From positions 8,618,001-8,682,000 of the forward strand of contig NC_043016.1 of the NCBI RefSeq assembly GCF_006345805.1: a stretch of DNA of 64,000 bases, read 5' to 3'. The position numbers and the translations under genes were made by a program. The first letter of the stretch is position 1. Every line of letters begins with the position of its first letter. Of this stretch, positions 37,211 through 49,420 are shown piece by piece. The notes below the pieces were generated by a model. The model did not search any database and had not been told where the DNA came from. It saw only the letters and a list, made by a program, of their open reading frames with translations. This DNA comes from Octopus sinensis. Taxonomy: Eukaryota.

Positions 37211-39598
37211 GCTGGTGTTTTTACGTCCACATAACTTAGTGGTTCGGCAAAAGACACCGATAGAATTAGTACCAGGCTAACAAAGAATAAGTCCTGTGGC
37301 CGATTTGCTCGACTAAAGGTGGTGCTCCAGCATGGCCACAGTCAAATGATTGAAACAAGTAAAAGAGTATATATAATGTACTCTTGCCAGCTAGTTTGAT
37401 TATTAATTAATAAATTACTACTAATAAAAAACATCTATAGATTTTTAACCAACAATATCAGTCCTCACAAATATAAACACACCTTACATCTGTTGTGTGT
37501 GCACACACACATAAATACATATACACAAGTAGATACATATATGCATATACATATTATAAATACAAGTATGTGTGCAAACACACACACATATATGCATGCA
37601 TGCATGTGTGTATGTGTATATATGAGCATACATTTGTACATAACCTTATACCTAAGTTATAAAATGTGTTTTGCAATTAAAGCATAAAGTTTGTAGAGAA
37701 ATATGATTGGTTAAAGTGATCCTGGAAGGTTGAAATATGCAGGATCGACTTCCCTTCTTCTCACCAATGGGAGTGAAACACAGAACACAAAGAGACATAA
37801 ATAAATGGTTGATTCTATCTTTGTATTTCACATTGTCCCAGTCAACTCAGCTGACAAAAACTAGCAGTACGTGTTGTGGTTCAAAGGGATGGCCTTGTCA
37901 CACAATCTGTGCCATGCTGAATCTCCATGAGAACTACATCAAGGGTACTCATGTCTGTGGAGTGCTCAGCGACTTGCACACTAATTTTACAAGCAGGCTC
38001 ATCCATCGATCAGATTAACTGGAACGCTCAATCGTCATAACTGATGGAGTGAGTGCCAGCAATATAAACCATGCCACCAGTGAAAATGAACTGACATGCA
38101 TATGAGAAAAGTTGGTCCTTGTTATGCAAAGCATTTTTCATAGGCAGCTGCAAGCTGGGGGGGGGGGGGGCGGTTCCCTGTTGGGTGAAAGTAGTACAAA
38201 CTCTTGGTTAGCTGTCAAAAACTAAGTAAAACTGGTCAAATTCCTTTCCATTTCATGCTGCAGAAACAGCCTGGCCATTCAACCGTAAGATCAATTTTAA
38301 AAGCATGGCTAAATTATCATCATCATCATCATCATCATCATCCTTTAACGTCCATTTTCCATGCTGATATGGGTTGGACAGTTTGACTGAAGCTTGCAAA
38401 CTGGGGAGCTGTACCAGGTTCCAGTCTGATTTGGCTTGGTATCTATAGCTGGATGCCCTGCCTAGCACCAACCACTTTACAGTGTAGTGTAATGTATACA
38501 TGTAAATTTGTTTACAATTTATCTACACACACACACACACACAAAGAGCTTCTGTTTTTGCGCAGATTTTGCCTATCAAATTCCACACAATATTTGTTTG
38601 AAAAAGACTACAGGAAAAAAAAAGGGCACCCACCCAAAATGCTGCACCTTAGGATTGAAATGAGAACTGTGAGATTAAAAAGCAAACTTCTTCACCACAC
38701 AGTATGATTGCACCATACACACATAACTTACATTATACACACACACATACACACACACACATAATGTGAATTATCTGTTTTATGGAGAAAAAAAAAAATC
38801 AAAGAATACATATTTATATATCTTAAGACTAAAGATTGATCTGTACGCACATGCACACTGCTTTAATCTACATGAAAGAATATTAAAAAGAAATAATTGG
38901 TTTGATCAAGAGAATTATCACCTTTTGATTCTCTTTTATCTTATTGGCTTTGGTCTAAAAGATATATAAACATTAATTCTACTCCATCCTAGATCATTCC
39001 TTGAAAAGAAAATTTCAATGAAGTCAAATATTACCCAGAATCAGTTCAGCAACAAACAAAATGCCAGTGGCATTTAGTTAGAGTGCTTTACATTCTGGGT
39101 TCAAATCCAACCAAAGTCAGCTTTACTTTTTGTCACTCCAGGGTCAATAATATAAAATATCTAGTATATTTCAATGTCAACATTCAATGTCCACTTTTCT
39201 ATACTTGCAGGTTGGGCAGAATTTGCTAAAGCAGATTTCCTATGGCTGGAAGCCCTTTTTGTCACCAACCCTCACACATTTCCAAGAAAGGTAGTAGTGT
39301 AATATTTTTCCCAAGGCTGGACATGTTTTCATAGAAGGCTGGAAATGAAGGACACCGCTTGTATGACAGTGATACTCATTTACAATATTCATGTGATTTC
39401 AAAAACAAAAGAAAACACCAACTTAGCCTGGGCCTAAGGTATAAAACACTTGCCTGAGGTGCCACACAGAACGGTTGAACCCAGAACCAAGTATAGTGAA
39501 TAGGAGAAGCAGAGAAACCTTGGTCTGCAATATATGTGAACATGTATGTTTATCAAGGGCTGAACATTAGTCATCAGCAGAGACACAAGTCTAAAATA

Positions 39599-40135
39599 TT
39601 GGGTTGTCTGGAAAGTTCAACTTATTATAGAACATGGTTAAGTCCATAAAATAGGATTTGACTACACCTGCATTTAGAGCACAGTTTAAGCTATATTTTC
39701 ATGGGAGGTTTATGTTCCTACAACCTGTGTTAATTCTGTAACACTCTAAAATGGAAGATGAGAAAGTTCATTTTCGGCACTTGATGCTTTGGGAACCAGA
39801 CAAAAATTTCTGCAGCTCAGCTGGGATGTGTTACCCCACCCTCCATATTCACAAAGATATTACTCCTTCGGATTTCCACTTATTCAGGTCTCTGCAGAAT
39901 AGTCTTAATGGTAAACATTTCAATTCCTTGGATGACGTAAAAAGATACCTTGATGAATTCTTTGCCATGAAACCACCTCAATTCTAGGAAGAGGGTATTT
40001 TCAAGTTAAAGGAAAGATGGAGATGCATTGTGCAACAAAATGGTTCATATTTGGTTGATTAAAAATGTAATGGCAAGTATTTCCTGACCTTTTTCTTTCC
40101 TTCAAAAATCGGCACAAACTTTCCGGACAACCCAA
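39599..40135 (+). mobile_element. Internally deleted mariner element with TIRs and TA TSD
   Basis: TA|ttgggttgtctggaaagtt ... aactttccggacaacccaa|TA (1 mismatch in 19 bp). Retains the N-terminus MEDEKVHFRHLMLWE and the C-terminus PSDFHLFRSLQNSLNGKHF...ERWRCIVQQNG. Confidence 0.92.
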
Positions 40136-40514
40136 TATAAATTCGTCTGAGTGTACAATGTTCTTAGTGGTTAGTGATAGAGTCTTCCTCAGTCACAAGT
40201 GGAGAGTCATTTTACACACACACACACACGTGCGCACACGCTCCATCAGTTAGGATGATGAACAGCCTGCTAGTGAAATTAACATTCAAGTGGCTGAGTA
40301 CTCCACAGACACGTGTACCCTTAGTGTAGTTCTCAGGGAGATTCAGCATGACACTGAATCTGAATGTGACAAGGCTGGCCCCTTTGAATTACAGATACAG
40401 CTTGTTTTTGCCAGCTGAGCAGACTGGAGCAATGTGAAATGAAGAGTCTTGCTCAAGGACACAATATACCACCAGGTATCAAACACATGACCGTAAAATC
40501 ATGAGCCAAATACC

Positions 40515-40742
40515 TATTTCTCTACTACCCACAAGGGGCTAAGCACATAGGGGACAAACAAGGACAGACAACGGATTAGGTCGATTATATTGACCCCAGT
40601 GCGTAACTGGTACTTAATTTATCGACCCCGAAAGGTTGAAAGGCAAAGTCGACCTCAGCAGAATTTGAACTCAGAATGTAATGGCAGATGAAATACTGCT
40701 AAGCATTTCGCCCGGCATGCTAACGTTTCTGCCAGCTCGCCA
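40515..40742 (-). mobile_element. SINE-B monomer, TSD ccaaatacc
   Basis: TSD at 40506-40514 and 40743-40751. Confidence 0.85.
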
Positions 40743-41830
40743 CCAAATACCCTAATATCTAAACCATATACCTTCACACACACACATACATATTTAGACA
40801 GACAGACAGACAGACATAGATTTATATAAAACATCAGTCAGAAAGCCAATATGCCAAAGCTTTCAAATAAAGTCCCTTGTGATATTTGTTTCACTTGACC
40901 TTTCACAGACGATCCCTTGTCGCTGTCAGCATCATAAATGCAGTGAACTTGCAACCAATGAAGCTAACGTTCAGAAAATAGAATATCATCACTAAATAAA
41001 CTACGTTTCCTTACCGAAGTAAGAACTACTCCCTCCTGGCAAGCATTAGTTTTATTATTTCTCCAAAATCTAATTAAAATCACAAGCTTCTACATAAAAA
41101 AGAAAAAAAAATAGTAATTATTTTGTTTTGTTTTTAATGCTAAATACTTCTAATAACAAATACAATGTAGATGGATCGAGTAAAAGTTCTTGATATTTGG
41201 GATTTTTCTTTCTCCTCTACTGCTCAAAGCAACTCTTCAAAACACCATCATGATCTTTTAAATATATTTGTTTTGTAGAAAAACAAGGGGGAAAAAAAAC
41301 CTTTTTAATATGACAGTAACACTATATTTAATACAGAAAGATGTAAATGTTGACACATTTTATAACATACACTTAAAAACTGGCTTCTAGCATTACCATA
41401 TGTTCACACAAACCATCGAGTATACAAAGCCTTGAAACAGAAGTAAAAGACACAGTGAGAGAGGGGGGGTGAAGAGAGTGAGAGAAAGTGAGAAAGAGGA
41501 GAAAGCGGGGAGTGGGAGGGAGAAATAACTAAATACATGTTCCAGAGAATCTTTTCAATACAGCCTATCTTTGAAGAACTGAGAACTATTATTATCTTGG
41601 GAGATATTTGTATGAAATAAATACAAGCTATGATTTGACACAATAAGTAAGAGGCGGGGGGATAAGTTTAAAACTTATATTTATTGTAGAAGTTGTCTTT
41701 ACAGAGTTTAGTTAAGTCCAGGAAAGAATAAGGTCAACTTCAAATAGTAAAATGGATGGTATCAAAAACTGGATTAAAAAGTACAATTTGATGAAAGTTG
41801 AAATAGTTTTTTAAAAAAAAAAAAATTAAA

Positions 41831-42200
41831 GGAAAAACCTAGTTCACTGTTTGGTCCACAGGTTAATAATTGCAGGAAAATAATATATGCGGAGGGAAAA
41901 AACTAGTTCACTGATTGGTCACAAAAAAACATAAACATGGGAAATTAATTCACTGATTGGTTAACAAGTTAACAGTCACAGCAAACATAAATACTGTAAA
42001 TTAGTTCACTGACTGAAACATGAGGTTAATGGTTTCAGGAAATTAATATGAATATGAAAAAGTAGTTCAGTGATTGGTTACCAGGTTAATAGTTGCAGGA
42101 AACTAACATGATAATGGAAAACTAGCTTGCTGATTGGTTGACAAGTTATCAGTTGCCGGGAACCAATACAAACATGGAAAAAGTAGGTCAATAATCGATT
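41831..42200. repeat. Degenerate minisatellite of about 60 bp (about 7 units), most units with a TGATTGG (reverse CCAAT) box
   Basis: The AGTTCACTG-like core starts at 41841, 41905, 41947, 42003, 42064, 42124 and 42185. Confidence 0.75.
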
Positions 42201-42779
42201 AACACTGTGGGAGCTTTAAGATTTAAGAAAGCAAAGTACAAATTTTAACTTGGTATCAGTGCTGAAAAAAAAACTGCCAGACAAGTGGAGCCAGACAGCA
42301 AACAAACAGCTTCCGAGTTCATACTTAGGAAGGCAGTTCCCTGGGTCAAAGAACAAAACACCAAATTCTGCAGATTTCAAGTTAGGTCAAAGAAATGTAA
42401 AACAGGAAAGCTATCTTCAGTTTAGTAACATTGCATCTAAAATTACATTTATTCCACAGCTGCCTAAACATTACAATGAAGCCGTCATAAAATCTGTTTT
42501 GCAACCACTCAAACTGTTATGAAAAGCCACATAACTTCCTGAAACACTCCCTCCGGCTTTGGAAAAGGATACTTTTATAGAAAGTAGTCCTTGATATTCA
42601 AAAGACCAAAGTGGCCATGATCTTGTGTCTGTGTAATAACAACAAACCTGAAAGTTAAACAATAGAAACAGCAACAACAAAAAAAAAACCATTAAATGCT
42701 AAACTCCTGTAATGTTGTGTTTTAATAATTGATTTCTAAAGCTTTTGGGGATTTCCTTATGACTAGGTCATAAAAATGA

Positions 42780-43440
42780 CTTAGTCAGAAGGGCAGTATC
42801 ATTGATCTTTTTCAGGGTTTTGAAGAAGATTGGGGTGACCCACAGAGATGGTAAGATATTTTACTTTACTATCAGACATTGACCATGAAAGGGGACAAAT
42901 AAAACTAAAAATACTTCATGTTCATCAGATGAGCCTCTACTGAGTCACTCAAGCTGATAGAACTAGCACCCAAAATCTCCAAATCATACCCTAATGCCCT
43001 TAGCAAAGAGGGAGACACTTGACAGTGTAGCCAAAAATATGCAATGCTTATAAGAGTTGGGCAACCATCTCCAGAACATTTCAAACTCAACAACAAAGAC
43101 TGTCGTTTTGTGGTTTTAAGCTCACACATGCTCTGATTGGGCAGAACTATGACCAAAACCTTACCAACAGTCTTTTTCTGAAGTACAATGAACTCAGGAC
43201 TACATTATTCAGTGTATTCTTGTCCATTATCAAAAAATAGTAAGGTATCATGAGGAGAAAGTTCTCAAAGGATATGCACCAATGTGGAAACTCACTTGTT
43301 GGCTCATAAACTGTGAAAGTAGAAAGGTTCACAAAAAAATTTATATCAATGGTGAACTACAGACCACCAGTTTACTCCTAGCAAAAAAAAGGAGAGCACA
43401 TGCAAGGCGGACAACAGAAGCACTTCAAAGAGTATATGGA
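42780..43440 (+). mobile_element. Highly decayed RTE-like LINE fragment
   Basis: Weak remnants (QGSII..LF; GRQQKHFKE, similar to GGQRKRYKD). Confidence 0.3.
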
Positions 43441-43490
43441 AAAAGGTTATGACTTTAATCTGGGTTAAAGGTGAAAGAGGAATGTAGAAA

Positions 43491-43885
43491 CGTTAGCACA
43501 CCGGGCGAAATGCTTAGCGGTATTTCGTCTGCTGTTATGTTCTGGGTTCAAATTCCGCCGAGGTCGCCTTTGCCTTTCATCCTTTCAGGGTCGATAAATT
43601 AAGTACCAGTTACGCACTGGGGTTGATGTAATCGACTTAATCCATTTGTCTGTCCTCGTTTGTCCCCTATTTGTTTAGCCCCTTGTGGGTAATAAAGAGT
43701 AGGTATTTCGTCTGCAGTTATGTTCTGAGTTCAAATTCCACCAAGCTCGACTTTGCCTTTCATCCTTTCAGGGTCGATAAATTAAGTACCAGTTGAACAC
43801 TGGGGTTGATGTAATCGACTTAATCCGTTTGTCTGTCATTGTTTGTCCCCTCTGTGTTTAGCCCCTTGTGGGTTGTAAAGAAATA
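43491..43885 (+). mobile_element. SINE-B dimer, 11-bp TSD gaatgtagaaa
   Basis: TSD at 43480-43490 and 43886-43896; junction aaagagtaggtatttcgtctg at about 43702. Confidence 0.88.
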
Positions 43886-44933
43886 GAATGTAGAAAGGAT
43901 AAGGATCAGGCAGATATCGCTGAGTGGTTAAGAAATTTGCTTTGCAATCACATGGTTCTAAGTTCCAAGATCAATACCTTCTAAATAAACTTAAGTAGCT
44001 GGAAACTGTCCATCTCTCTATCTATCTATCTTTCTCTATCACTCTGACCAGGTAACCATGTACCTCCTCTATAGCAAGACACCTATTTCTGTCTCTCTGT
44101 CAAACACTAACTTTTCATCATCTGACACAAGATCACCTCCTCCAGTGCCACATCCCCTCTCAAAGATTCCTTGTCTTACAAGTTACTTGGTGACCCTGCT
44201 GCTGCTGCTGGTGCCATGTAAAAGACATTCAATCCACACTGTAAAGTGGTTGGCATTTGGACGGGCATCTAGCTGTAAACTCATGCCAAAACTGACTTCA
44301 ACAGTGCTTGTGTCACATAGAAAGCACTCAGTCCACTCTGTGCTAGGAAGGGCATCCAGCCATAAAAACCCTGTCAAAACAGACACAGAAGCTTGGTGTA
44401 GTCTTCTACCTGGCTGGCTCTTGTCAAACCGTCCAACCCATGCCAGCATGGAAGGCAGACATTAAACGATGATGATGGTGACGATGATGATGACGATATA
44501 GAAAAATACACAGGGGTGTGTGTGCGTGTGCGTGTGTGTGTATGCGTGCATAAATCCCTTTTGTGAAATTATTCAAATGCAAGGATACTGTTACACCAAA
44601 ACAATTTGACCAACTTTCTACTGCCAAAATAAGTCTTAATCATGCAAGCAAGAAAATAAGTTTGCTTAGATTTTTCATCATACTTTAGAAGGATTGAGAA
44701 ATGGTTGTGTCATTCATAAAGTTGCTTGATTGTGACTGTGGCTATAAATAGTAGCTCACAATATACTGGTCATTTTTTTGCCCAGTATATTATGGGCTAT
44801 CGTTTTTAACATTCTTTTATGCATTTGCTTTCAAATAAAAACAACTGGCAATCATATTGCTCAATGCTTCTAAATTACAGTCTAAATGTAAACACATGCA
44901 CACATATGAACATACAACCATATGCACACATAG

Positions 44934-44981
<48 letters not shown>

Positions 44982-46044
44982 GAATTTATTTCAGCCCTTC
45001 TGTGGTATGCATAAAATACAATTATATCCTTATTCTTTTACTCTTTTACTTGTTTCAGTCATTGGACTGCAGCCATGCTGGGGCACCGACTTGGATGGTT
45101 TAGCTGAAGAAATCAACTCAAGTAATATTTTTTTTTATAAGTCTGATACACAGAAGTATGCTCTCCAGAGCACATTCAGAGAATACTCATATGTACTTCA
45201 ACACAACAGGCCATTCCATCACTCATTTATCAGTGTACAGCATCTCCACAGACCATCAATTTGCATGCACAAGGAGACAGAGGGAACAACATTGCATATG
45301 CAAACTCGATCACATTTCATTAACAGGTTTAACTGAACATTTTTCCTTCTCCTACACTTAGTTCGTTAAACCCTTACCTTGCCTACTTATTCTCATTTCA
45401 TTACTCTTTCCTTCTTCCTTCTCACACTGTTTCTCCTACAGCTTTTTGTTGATTTTGTGTTCCTCATCAGTTGCAGCCATTTTTTTTTTTATTCCTTTCT
45501 TTCTTTTAATTTAAAGGATATAAAACTCAGCTGTCTTTCAGTTATTTCTCTCTTTTCAATTTTTCCTTGAAGAAGGGAAATGTTGGACTTTCCACCACCT
45601 CCACCCCATGGAAAGTTTACTCTAACATTTTTATTAATTATATTGTACAGACACACATACATACACATATACACACATATATATAGACACATAGGTATAC
45701 ATGCACACACATATACACATATATATATAGACACACACAAATATATACACACACATATATCATCATCATAACATTTACTGTTTCACTCTTTCATGCATTA
45801 ATTGAAGTTTATTGAAGCAGGTTTTCACCAGTTTCCAAGCAAGGTAATATTTTCCCATGACCAGACATCTTGTTGAATATAGAAAATGAATGACACAGCT
45901 TCTATGACAATGACAGTCATTTACAACTATCACATGACATCGAGACGAACACACACACACACACATTTTAATTATTAATTGTGGGACCTTTTTCTTTTGC
46001 ATTGATCTTTTCTGTCTTGCAAGTTTACATGGCACCCTCACTAG

Positions 46045-46555
46045 CGCCATAGTCTTTTCGGCCTGTAATGATATGCATAAGATCTGGTCATCAAATCTAA
46101 GTAGAGATTTCAAACTTAAAATCTTCAAAGCCACAATCGAACCAATTCTACTATATGGCTCAGAAACCTGGACGTTATCAAAGAAGCTTGTGAGGCGGTT
46201 GAATGGAACTTACACTCGCCTCCTTATGAGAGCTCAGAATCTCTCGTGGAAGTGCCATCCAACCAAAGTACAAATATATGGGAAATTACCACCTGTATCA
46301 TCTCTTGTGAAAGGTACAAGAGTCCAGTTTGCTGGACATTGTTGTAGAGCTGAAAACAAGGTAATTTCTACTCTTCTCCTCTGGAAGCCATCTGCACGCG
46401 ATACCAGAGGGCACACACTCTCCCACCCTGATATAATCTCCAGGGATACAGACATCCAGCAACAGGACCTCCATAATGCTATGATGGACCGTGAAGTCTT
46501 GGTGTAACATAGTAAATTCCATTGTCTCAACCATGGTTGAACAATGATGATGACT
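46045..46555 (+). mobile_element. RTE LINE 3' fragment with (TGA)n tail
   Basis: KLKIFKATIEPILLYGSETWTLSKK...VQFAGHCCRAE...MMDREV; ends aacaatgatgatga. Confidence 0.85.
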
Positions 46556-47343
46556 AGTGCCAGTGGCATGGAAAAAGCATGCTGTCCACTCTGTAAGGTG
46601 TTTGATTTTAGGAAGAGCATCCAGCCATAAAAACCATGTCAAATCTGTCTTCACATCATTGAATGCCTTATCTATCATACTGCTGTCAACTAGGATAGCT
46701 GGTCCCTCTGTTGGGTCAACATGGGGGAGACTACCTTTCTCCCATGCAATCTTTGCATTTAATAACCTTTAATAGTAGCACTTCCATGCCTCTTTCTTTT
46801 CAGAGTCACTAAGTGCAAGCAAACCATTATCCATCTGTATACACTTCTCACCGGCAACATCTCAATTCTCTCTGATATACTGTCCAGCAATCCAGAATAA
46901 CACCACTCGTCTCTGACCCTCGTGCTGTAAGACATTGGCAAACTTTGTGCAGGCATGGCTGTGTAGTTAAGAAGCTTGCTTTCCAACCATGTGGTTTCAG
47001 TTCAAACCCAACATGTGGCGCCTTGAACCATTGTCTTCTACGACAGCCCCAGGACAACTAAAGCCTTGTGAGTGAATTTGGTAGATGGAAACTAAGTGAA
47101 AGCCTGTTGTATGTGTGTGAGTTTATTCCCCTCCACTACCCTTGCTTTATAACCATTGTTGGTTTGTTTATGTCCCTCCTGACTTGGCAGTTCAGCAAAA
47201 GAGGCTGATAAAATAAGCACAAGACAAAAAAATATAACAGCTGACTCAGTGTAGGCATGAGTTACATTGTATCAGCTGTTATTTCAATACACTCCATTTG
47301 CATGTAGGGTACTATATAACTTTGATACTTATTTGTTTTATCA

Positions 47344-47383
<40 letters not shown>

Positions 47384-47464
47384 ATATATATATAGTATAA
47401 AATTTATATATAAAAAATACAAAATGGGACAAGAACGCAAATATATGTGTATATATATATGTCT

Positions 47465-48543
47465 TTTTTTATTTTATTTAGTTTCAGCTCACAAGCTGTG
47501 GCCATGCTGGGGCACCACCATTTGGTGTTGCTACATGATTTTACTTCACGAATGCTTTTTAGCAAATGCCATCTGGTGCATGAGAGAGTTCGATGCAGCT
47601 GCCCTCATCTGCACCTCCTGCCGTGAAGTTGGTTCATCTGGAACACCTGACAAGAAGAGATCCAGTTTCATTTTAAAGACATCTGCATCAACCCCATAAA
47701 GGTCTCTTAGGTTCTTCGGGAGGATATTGAAGAGCTGTGGGCCTCGGAAGCCCAGGCTATCACAGTATCTTGTCCTACATCTTGATGGCAAATTTGGAGT
47801 CCTTGGCACTATGCAGTGGCGCCCAGTTCTGGCATTTGTGTAACTCTCGATGCCAAAGTTTGGGACAAGTCCTTCTAGGATCTTCCAGATGTATATTATG
47901 GCATATCTTTCTCGCCTACGCTCTAAGGAATAGAGTCTCAATCTCTTGAGTCTTTCCCAATAGCTTATATGCTGCACAGAGGCTATCTTCTTCATGTAGC
48001 TTCGTTGGATCGCCTTGACACTGGATGGTGACCATAGCTGAGAGCAATAGTCAAAGTGGCTTAGGACAAGTGTCCTCCAGAGGACCATCATGGTTTCCTG
48101 GTTGCTTGTTCTAAAGGTTCTAAGAATCCATCCGGTCAGCCGCCTACATTTCATCGCCAATTTAGCAACATGCACATGAAAGGTTGCATCATCACTCATG
48201 TAAATACCCAGGTCTCGCACTGATTGTGCCTCTGGGATTGCAATCCCTCCAGGTCCAGTGTATTTATTGGGTATTGCATTTAGTTTTGCATGCTGATAGT
48301 ATATCGCTTGAAACTTTTCAGCATTGAACTGCATGCTATTCTTTTCAGCCCACTTGTATATTTTGTCCAGCTCACATTGCAGGTGCTTAGTGTCTTCAGG
48401 GTTCTGTATTGCTGTGAAACTTTTGTATCATCTGCATAACTTGTGATCGTGGCTCTCTGCGTGGCTGAGGGCATGTCTGAGAGGGCCATTATGAACAGTA
48501 GTAGTCCCAGAACAGTGCCTTGCGGAACACCGCTCACTATTTG
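47465..48543 (-). pseudogene. 5'-truncated CR1-clade LINE (second family) with intact 3' UTR
   Basis: VSGVPQGTVLG, SYADDTKV, MQFNAEKF, VRDLGI, YCSQLWSP, YSLERRRERY, QLFNILP. The 3' end is ggtgccccagcatggccacagcttgtgagctgaaactaaataaa. Confidence 0.92.
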
Positions 48544-48574
<31 letters not shown>

Positions 48575-48579
48575 ATATA

Positions 48580-48790
48580 TACCTCTGCTGGTGACAAAAG
48601 GCCTCTCGCTCAGAGTAAAAGGCAGACTGTATGACGCATGTGTACGAACAGCCATGCTACATGGCAGTGAAACATGAGCTGTGACTGCTGAGGATATGTG
48701 TAAGCTTGCAAGAAATGAAGCCAGTATGCTACCCGACAGAGTGGAAGTGCCTTGAGAGAAAAGTTGGACCTAAGAAGCATCAGACGAAAG
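48580..48790 (+). mobile_element. RTE LINE fragment
   Basis: KGLSLRVKGRLYDACVRTAMLHGSET*AVTAEDMCKLARNEASML. Confidence 0.75.
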
Positions 48791-49239
48791 AGAAAGACGA
48801 ATGTCTAATTAGCCAGCTAGATGCTTGTTTAGCTAGCTAGGTCAATGTATGGTCAGACAAATAGATGATAATCTTTTTCCATCCATAAAAATTTTGTATA
48901 GGCATCTTGTTGGTGAGAAATTTATAGATTTATTCAGTAGTTAAGTATAATGCTGAAAACACTATATGCTTTATTAATTTATTATTAACTAGCAGCTGAA
49001 GAATGCATTATATATGTAAATTAGTCAATCTGATTTATTTAATCCCCTAGTAATGATGACTATGAATTCCATAAGGTTATTTCCAAAAGTTATTTGAGTC
49101 GATTTATATGAATTCCAAATAAGATCTTGCCAGCTAATGATAATAGAGAGATCTCTTATTTCCACATACCTTAAGGTTATCATTTTATTTTTGTTTTTTT
49201 AAGATGGTCACTATAAAGACAACTTCAAAGAAAACTGAA

Positions 49240-49420
49240 GTTAGATCATTATTCCTATATTCATAGAATTACTTGATGGAGACAAACTTCCAGGGATCTT
49301 CCTCCTTGTTTTAACTGTTCTGCAGGAACAGAATCAGGTCCAAGAACTTTGTTGTCATATGCTTAGCAGATAGCAGTGTCCAGTTCTTTGAGAGTTGGAA
49401 GCATTGACCTCTACAGAATT
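49240..49420 (-). mobile_element. RTE RT N-terminal fragment
   Basis: LPTLKELDTAIC*AYDNKVLGPDSVPAEQLKQGG resembles PT.EEV..AI..LK.GKAPGPDGIPAE.LK.GG. Confidence 0.55.

Noticed and set aside
41831-42200. Regularly spaced repeats considered as CRISPR-like (also 23865-24010)
   Set aside because: The 'spacers' are homologous to each other, there are no cas genes, and the context is eukaryotic.
42250-42692. Unique region with a good minus-strand acceptor (tttaactttcag at about 42648) and hydrophobic short ORFs, considered as the STIM signal-peptide exon
   Set aside because: Every ATG-initiated frame stops before a usable donor, and there is no STIM similarity.
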